Source: Candidatus Wirthbacteria bacterium
Lineage (GTDB): Bacteria > Patescibacteriota > CG2-30-54-11
Reading direction: 5' to 3'
Assembly: GCA_903889905.1 (NCBI GenBank)
Contig: CAISZI010000048.1
Coordinates: 70,668-134,667, forward strand
DNA length: 64,000 nt
Made by a program: the position numbers and the translations under genes. Each line of letters begins with the position of its first letter. Within the stretch, counting starts at the first letter, position 1. Below are positions 59,417 through 64,000 of this stretch, piece after piece. The notes beneath the pieces were generated by a model, which did no database searches, was not told the origin of the DNA, and was given only the letters and a program-made list of their open reading frames with translations.

Positions 59417-59881
59417 ATGAACACCCGCACCACCCAACTCGCCCGCACCCAGCTTGACGCCACGCTCAAGCCTCTAACCAAACTTGCCTCGACTTCCCGC
59501 CCACCCAAAGGCTGGATCCGCGCCATCCGCAATGCCCTGGGCATGAGTGGCGAGCAATTGGCGCGTCGTCTCGGCCTGACCAAACAGCGCATCGGCCGCA
59601 TCGAACAAGACGAAGCTGGGGATGGCATCACCTTCAAAACCATGCGCCATGTCGCCGAGGCGCTGGATTGTCATTTTGTCTATGCACTCATCCCCCGCAC
59701 CAGCCTCGAACAGTCCGTCCGAGACCAGGCTGCCAAAGTTGCTGCCAAACGACTGGCGCAAGTAAGCCACTCAATGATGCTCGAGAACCAACAGCTAACT
59801 GATGCAAATCAAACAAAAGCCTTGCAGTCCGAGGTCGAACGACTTATTGCCTCTTTGCCACGGACACTCTGGGATGACTAA
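59417..59881 (+). CDS. Mobile mystery protein A (XRE-HTH)
   Basis: RPPKGWIRAIRNALGMS..QLARRLG...EALDCHFVYALIP...HSMMLENQ...LWD. Confidence 0.92.
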   Translation: MNTRTTQLARTQLDATLKPLTKLASTSRPPKGWIRAIRNALGMSGEQLARRLGLTKQRIGRIEQDEAGDGITFKTMRHVAEALDCHFVYALIPRTSLEQSVRDQAAKVAAKRLAQVSHSMMLENQQLTDANQTKALQSEVERLIASLPRTLWDD

Positions 59882-60458
59882 ATCAAATTCCTTCGGCACC
59901 ACCCCGATATCGCCGGATGAGCTGGACGGACTCAAACTGACCCATATCACTACAACGGAACAGCTCAATCGCTTCGAACAGGACAACATCACTGAGGCCA
60001 TGGACTGGCTCTCACGCCGTAAACCAACCAAGATATTGAACGAATCCTTTCTCAAATCCCTGCACCAGCATATGTTTGGGCTGGTGTGGAAATGGGCCGG
60101 AAAATTCCGCGCCACCGACAAAAATATTGGCATTCCGTGGCAATACATCGCGGTAGAAGTCCGCAAATTATGTGACGATACGCAATTTCAGATCGACCAT
60201 CAATCCTACTCACCCGATGAGATCGCTGCGCGCTTTCATCACCGCCTGGTACAGATCCATCCATTTCCAAACGGTAATGGCCGCCATAGCCGACTGATAA
60301 CAGACATTCTGCTGCAAAATGTATTACAGAAGCCGCCTTTCACCTGGGGCGGTGCAGCACTGCGTGACGCCGACGATCCTCGGCGTCAATATATTGGTGC
60401 GCTGCAAATGGCGGACAAGGGAGACATGGAAGCGCTGATGAAATTCGTGCGGTCCTGA
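59874..60458 (+). CDS. Mobile mystery protein B (Fic domain)
   Basis: GTTPI..DE..GL, LNRFEQDNI, MFGLVWKWAGKFR, HPFPNGNGRHSR; overlaps protein A. Confidence 0.92.
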   Translation: MTKSNSFGTTPISPDELDGLKLTHITTTEQLNRFEQDNITEAMDWLSRRKPTKILNESFLKSLHQHMFGLVWKWAGKFRATDKNIGIPWQYIAVEVRKLCDDTQFQIDHQSYSPDEIAARFHHRLVQIHPFPNGNGRHSRLITDILLQNVLQKPPFTWGGAALRDADDPRRQYIGALQMADKGDMEALMKFVRS

Positions 60459-60491
60459 GAAACAAGAAAAAACCATTTCCCGCGTTCTTTC

Positions 60492-60680
60492 CTATCTCTT
60501 GAGCATCATCATCACCAACCCAATCATCCTCTCCTTGTCCACCGGTTTGCTCTCGGCAATCAGCAGTGTCAGTGCGGTCAGGGCTTCGGGTGTAATCCGG
60601 GTCATGTCCAGCAGCCGCGCCCGTAGCAATAACCAGACAAAGGCAAACGCACCCGAGCGCTTGTTGCCATCGAATTCGAT
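60492..60680 (-). pseudogene. C-terminal remnant of a RhuM/Fic/Doc family gene
   Basis: FDGNKRSGAFAF...LTALTLLIAESKP.DKERMIGLV; lacks the HPF catalytic His and everything upstream. Confidence 0.65.
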
Positions 60681-60790
60681 GGAATCAAAATCAGGATTAT
60701 GCAATTTCTCCCATAGCCCCAAAAACTAGATCGTGCCGGATTTGTATTGGTAGATGACCAGGCCTTGTTGGGGGGTATTCTTTGGCATGG

Positions 60791-61769
60791 TTACTTCTTC
60801 TCGGCTTTAGTGATTGGAGTCTTGAGGTATTTCTGGGCGACTCGGTCAAAATCCGACTCAAATGATCTATCCTGATCGATTCTGAACTCGTCGTATTCCT
60901 TCTCGGCTAGTTGCTTGGCGACGTCCGATGAAATCTTGCCGGAATCGGCCAATATCTCATAATCATTGAATTGCAAAAATGCGTCCAGCCTGATAGCCCA
61001 ATCTTTCATGGTCATGGTCTTGTGGCGTTCGGCCTGGGATTCGGCGTAATACGGAAACATCGGTTTTGAGGATTTTTCCTTTGGGACTGTTCTTCCAAGT
61101 TGTCAGGCCCATGTGCGGCCTGGAACTACTCGCACGTGAGGCGACGATCTCGGCGGCAGTGTGACCAGTGATGGCCCAGTGCAATTTGTTCTGGACGGTT
61201 TGGTAGAATTGGTGGGTGATGTCGGCCTTGGGGTCATAATCAATACTGCATTGCGCGTAGATATCGGTGATTTTTTGATAAAACCGCCGCTCCGACGCCC
61301 GGATTTCACGAATTCGTTCGAGTAACTGATCAAAGTAATCCTTGCCAAAGAAGTTGCCGTTTTTGAGACGCTCGTCGTCAAGGACAAAGCCCTTGATGAT
61401 AAATTCCCGAAGCGTTGTGGTTGCCCAGATGCGAAATTGAGTCGCTTTTTGGGAATTGACACGATAACCGACGGAAATGATGGCGTCGAGGTTGTAAAAA
61501 TTGGGTTCCCTCTCAACCATTCTCTCGCCTTCTTTTTGAACTATTCGAATTTTTCGAATAGTTGCCGCTTCATCTAGCTCGCCGCTCGCAAAAATCTCCT
61601 GGAGATGGTAGTTCACCGTATTAACTTCCACATCAAACAATTCAGCCATGGCTTTTTGGGTCAGCCAGACAGTTTCGTTTTGAACCAACACCTCCATTTT
61701 CACGTCGCCGTCGGGTGTCGTGTAGAGAAGAAATTGTGAAGATTGCGTCACGAGTTCTTTTTTTGCCAT
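60791..61769 (-). pseudogene. RhuM family virulence protein, frameshifted by an internal deletion
   Basis: VWLTQKAMAELF, YNLDAIISVGYRVNS, RIREIRASERRFYQK...KILKTDVSV, then a shift to the frame YAESQAERHKTMTMKDW; the usual AKNYL...YLD segment is missing near 61050. Confidence 0.85.
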
Positions 61770-61793
61770 AGGTCCCTCTGGTTATTTTATCCG

Positions 61794-61845
61794 CACTGCC
61801 GTCATTATAAACTTCCGCACTTACCCCAGCAAATGTAAACAAACC
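61794..61845 (-). repeat. Promoter-containing direct repeat, copy 2 (upstream of the rhuM pseudogene)
   Basis: Matches 59287-59338; minus strand TTGCTG-17 bp-TATAAT. Confidence 0.8.
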
Positions 61846-61967
61846 GCTCGGCTAAAGAATCGGGCAAAAAAACACCCAACCAGGGTGGTTCAAAATGACT
61901 TCTTCGGCAATAGCCACAAGCCGATTCGATCTAAGCTCACGGTCCAAGACGAGCTCCGCGAGTCGAA

Positions 61968-61992
61968 TGGCTGGGCCACTTGGTTTAGAACC
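61968..61992 (-). other. Degenerate tRNA-Gln-like 3' end, possible att relic
   Basis: Reverse complement GGTTCTAAACCAAGTGGCCCAGCCA resembles a T-loop, acceptor 3' strand, G73 and CCA. Confidence 0.4.
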
Positions 61993-62120
61993 AGAAATGA
62001 GACATTTGGGACAGTATAAAAAAGGGTGTCTCAATTTGTGAGTAAGCAAGCAAGTAAGTTGTCTTATCGGAAGTTTAATGGTATTTTATTAGTATCGCCA
62101 AACTCCAATTGAGGTAGTCT

Positions 62121-63212
62121 TTGTATACTCCCAAATTCACCATTACCACATCTATTGCCCAGGCATTGATGCGGATAGAAGCACACAAACAAGCGATAAG
62201 CGACCTGCCTATCACGCCGGATGTCCTGCTCCATCTGCGGGAAACCGCGCGTCTTGCAACGACTCATTATTCGACTGCGATTGAAGGTAATGACCTGGAA
62301 GAAGTAGAGGTTAAAAAAGTTATCCAGGGATCATCCAACATTCAGGGAAAAGAACGTGACACCGCAGAAGTCAAAGGCTATTATGCCGCACTCCAGAGAG
62401 TAGAACGACTCGCTGGAAAAAAATACCCTACCGAAAAGGATATCCAGACTATCCATGCACTCGTGATCGGTGGTGGCAGAAACCAGGTGAAACCTACACT
62501 CTATCGGACAGAACAGAACGTCATCAAAGACAGTCGATCCGGGACAATAGTCTACCTGCCACCCGAGGAAAAAGACGTTCCCCAGCTTATGGAGGATCTT
62601 GTTCTCTGGATAAAAAGCAGTTTGTACGAGCAGATCCCTCTACCACTCCGTGCTGGCATCGCCCATTATCAGTACGTCACGATCCACCCCTATCTGGATG
62701 GTAATGGCAGAACCGCCCGCCTGCTCACTACACTCATCGCTCATCAAGGCGGATATGATTTAAAAGGTATCTTTTCTGTGGAGGAATACTATGTGCAGAG
62801 CCTCCAACAATACTACGATGCCCTCTCACTCGGACTTTCCCATAATTATTACTTCGGCAGGCATGAAGCAGATATCACTCCCTGGCTAGAATACTTCTGC
62901 GCTGGAATGGCGGAAAGCTTTGATAAAATTCATCGTCAGGCGCAGAAGGCTGCAAAGGCAGGGCAACAGGATTTCTCACCCATTCTCCGTGACTTGGATC
63001 CGAGGCAACGAAAAGTACTGAGTCTATTCGTTCACAGTACCAGGATCACGACACGAGAGATCGCCACTTGTCTGAATATTTCGACCCGCGCTGCCAGTGC
63101 ATGGTGTCAAAAATGGGTCAATGACGGATTCCTTCGGATCATGAATCCAGCCAAAAGGAATCGTTCGTATGCACTGGGAAAGCAGTACGAAAGTTTGGTT
63201 GTTTATAGCTGA
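62121..63212 (+). CDS. Class II Fic family protein with C-terminal HTH
   Basis: Inhibitory motif STAIEGN; HPYLDGNGRTAR; C-terminal wHTH; GAGG RBS before TTG. Confidence 0.9.
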   Translation: MYTPKFTITTSIAQALMRIEAHKQAISDLPITPDVLLHLRETARLATTHYSTAIEGNDLEEVEVKKVIQGSSNIQGKERDTAEVKGYYAALQRVERLAGKKYPTEKDIQTIHALVIGGGRNQVKPTLYRTEQNVIKDSRSGTIVYLPPEEKDVPQLMEDLVLWIKSSLYEQIPLPLRAGIAHYQYVTIHPYLDGNGRTARLLTTLIAHQGGYDLKGIFSVEEYYVQSLQQYYDALSLGLSHNYYFGRHEADITPWLEYFCAGMAESFDKIHRQAQKAAKAGQQDFSPILRDLDPRQRKVLSLFVHSTRITTREIATCLNISTRAASAWCQKWVNDGFLRIMNPAKRNRSYALGKQYESLVVYS

Positions 63213-63218
63213 GATCTG

Positions 63219-64000
63219 ATGATAACCATCACTGACGAATACCTTGATCTTTATGCCTCTCTCTTTCGTGGTCGAGAGGAAACTTACGCACGCCATTGGG
63301 AAAAAAATGGGAGAAGCGGATACAGTCCTGCCTACGATCTGGACTGGTCAAAATTCATGGCGTTCAAAGCTCAGGGTGGATCGCTGAAAGACTTCCCAGA
63401 CAAAACACCTTTGCCGCTATCTCGGCTAGTGATCAAAAATCACCTCCTGGGAAAGCATGCGATCGGTATCTATCCACTCCTCGAGAATAATGAATCGTAT
63501 TTTATTGCTGCCGATTTCGATGGGCAGGATTGGATAGGCGAAAGTCGAGAACTCCTCAATTCATGCAAAGCCTATGGGCTGCCAGCGTATCTTGAGAGAT
63601 CACGATCGGGAGGAGGGGCGCATATCTGGTTATTTTTCGCGAATTCTTATCCAGCTGCAAAAAGCAGGCAGATCATCTTTGCACTCTTACGAAAAGTCTT
63701 GCACGTTTCTGAATTTGATAAGGAAATCAGTTTTGACCGGGTGTTTCCAAACCAGGATTATCATTCCGGCAAGGGGTTCGGTAACCTCATCGCCCTGCCG
63801 CTGAACGGAATTTCAGCAGACCAAGGAAACAGTGTTTTTCTGGATCCAGAAAACCTCACACCCTATACAGATCAATGGGAATACCTTTCGCATGTGGAAC
63901 GGATAAGTTCCGACACTCTCGACCGAGTGCTTGATCGAATTGCTGGTTATAGCCCCTTCAAAACGACAGTACGTGGAACGACAGAACCTCAAGCGTCTCT
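63219..64000 (+). CDS. AEP-TOTE primase-like domain protein, probably a helicase fusion (truncated by window end)
   Basis: Hand translation MITITDEYLDLYASLFRGREETYARHWE...GIYPLL...FIAADFD...YLERSRSGGGAHIWLFF...DRVFPNQD...GNLIALPL; no stop before the window end. Confidence 0.85.
   Translation, partial: MITITDEYLDLYASLFRGREETYARHWEKNGRSGYSPAYDLDWSKFMAFKAQGGSLKDFPDKTPLPLSRLVIKNHLLGKHAIGIYPLLENNESYFIAADFDGQDWIGESRELLNSCKAYGLPAYLERSRSGGGAHIWLFFANSYPAAKSRQIIFALLRKVLHVSEFDKEISFDRVFPNQDYHSGKGFGNLIALPLNGISADQGNSVFLDPENLTPYTDQWEYLSHVERISSDTLDRVLDRIAGYSPFKTTVRGTTEPQAS

Noticed and set aside
1-64000. Genome-wide stop codon reassignment (TAG, or TGA as in code 25)
   Set aside because: TAG ends guaA, ygiD, dipZ and hsdR, and TGA ends crtI, recQ and mobile mystery B, all at family-typical C-termini. 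Long genes are uninterrupted under code 11.
1-64000. CRISPR array, rRNA, intact transposase/integrase or prophage genes
   Set aside because: No regularly spaced repeats, rRNA-like tracts or such protein motifs were seen.

Overview
Bacterial chromosomal window read in genetic code 11. By inference it is from a Patescibacteria/CPR-like organism: it has a long-type GuaA, many GT-C and surface proteins, a VLGA/LxxTG-anchored repeat protein, an AAA_14-DUF4143 ATPase and mobile mystery proteins. From 1 to 48 kb the content is mixed housekeeping and accessory: guaA, tRNA-Val(GAC), two GT-C transferases with a polyprenol-phosphate sugar synthase, a crtI-crtB-lycopene cyclase operon, trmB, a TrmH family methylase, an LpdA-like oxidoreductase, RlmI-like methylase, a MacB-type ABC pair, a DUF559-UvrD fusion, recQ and DipZ. 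The best candidate for an undescribed system is at 13.6-19.3 kb. It is a tight operon of a YidC-like insertase, a secreted protein with a putative Cys-Gln thioester domain, an EspG-resembling double-zinc-ribbon protein and a membrane protein, with a divergent zinc-ribbon membrane gene pair. From about 48.3 kb to the end is a defence/toxin-antitoxin island. It holds a type I RM system interleaved with dinD, a Panacea/RelE-like TA pair and an AAA ATPase, plus mobile mystery A/B, RhuM and Fic pseudogenes, a Fic-HTH gene, a truncated AEP-TOTE primase gene, a duplicated promoter and a degenerate tRNA-Gln-like att relic. Two apparent pseudoenzymes (SipW-like and cupredoxin-like) and an unlisted basic small ORF were also seen. 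All family calls are by-eye motif recognition; no database searches were run.
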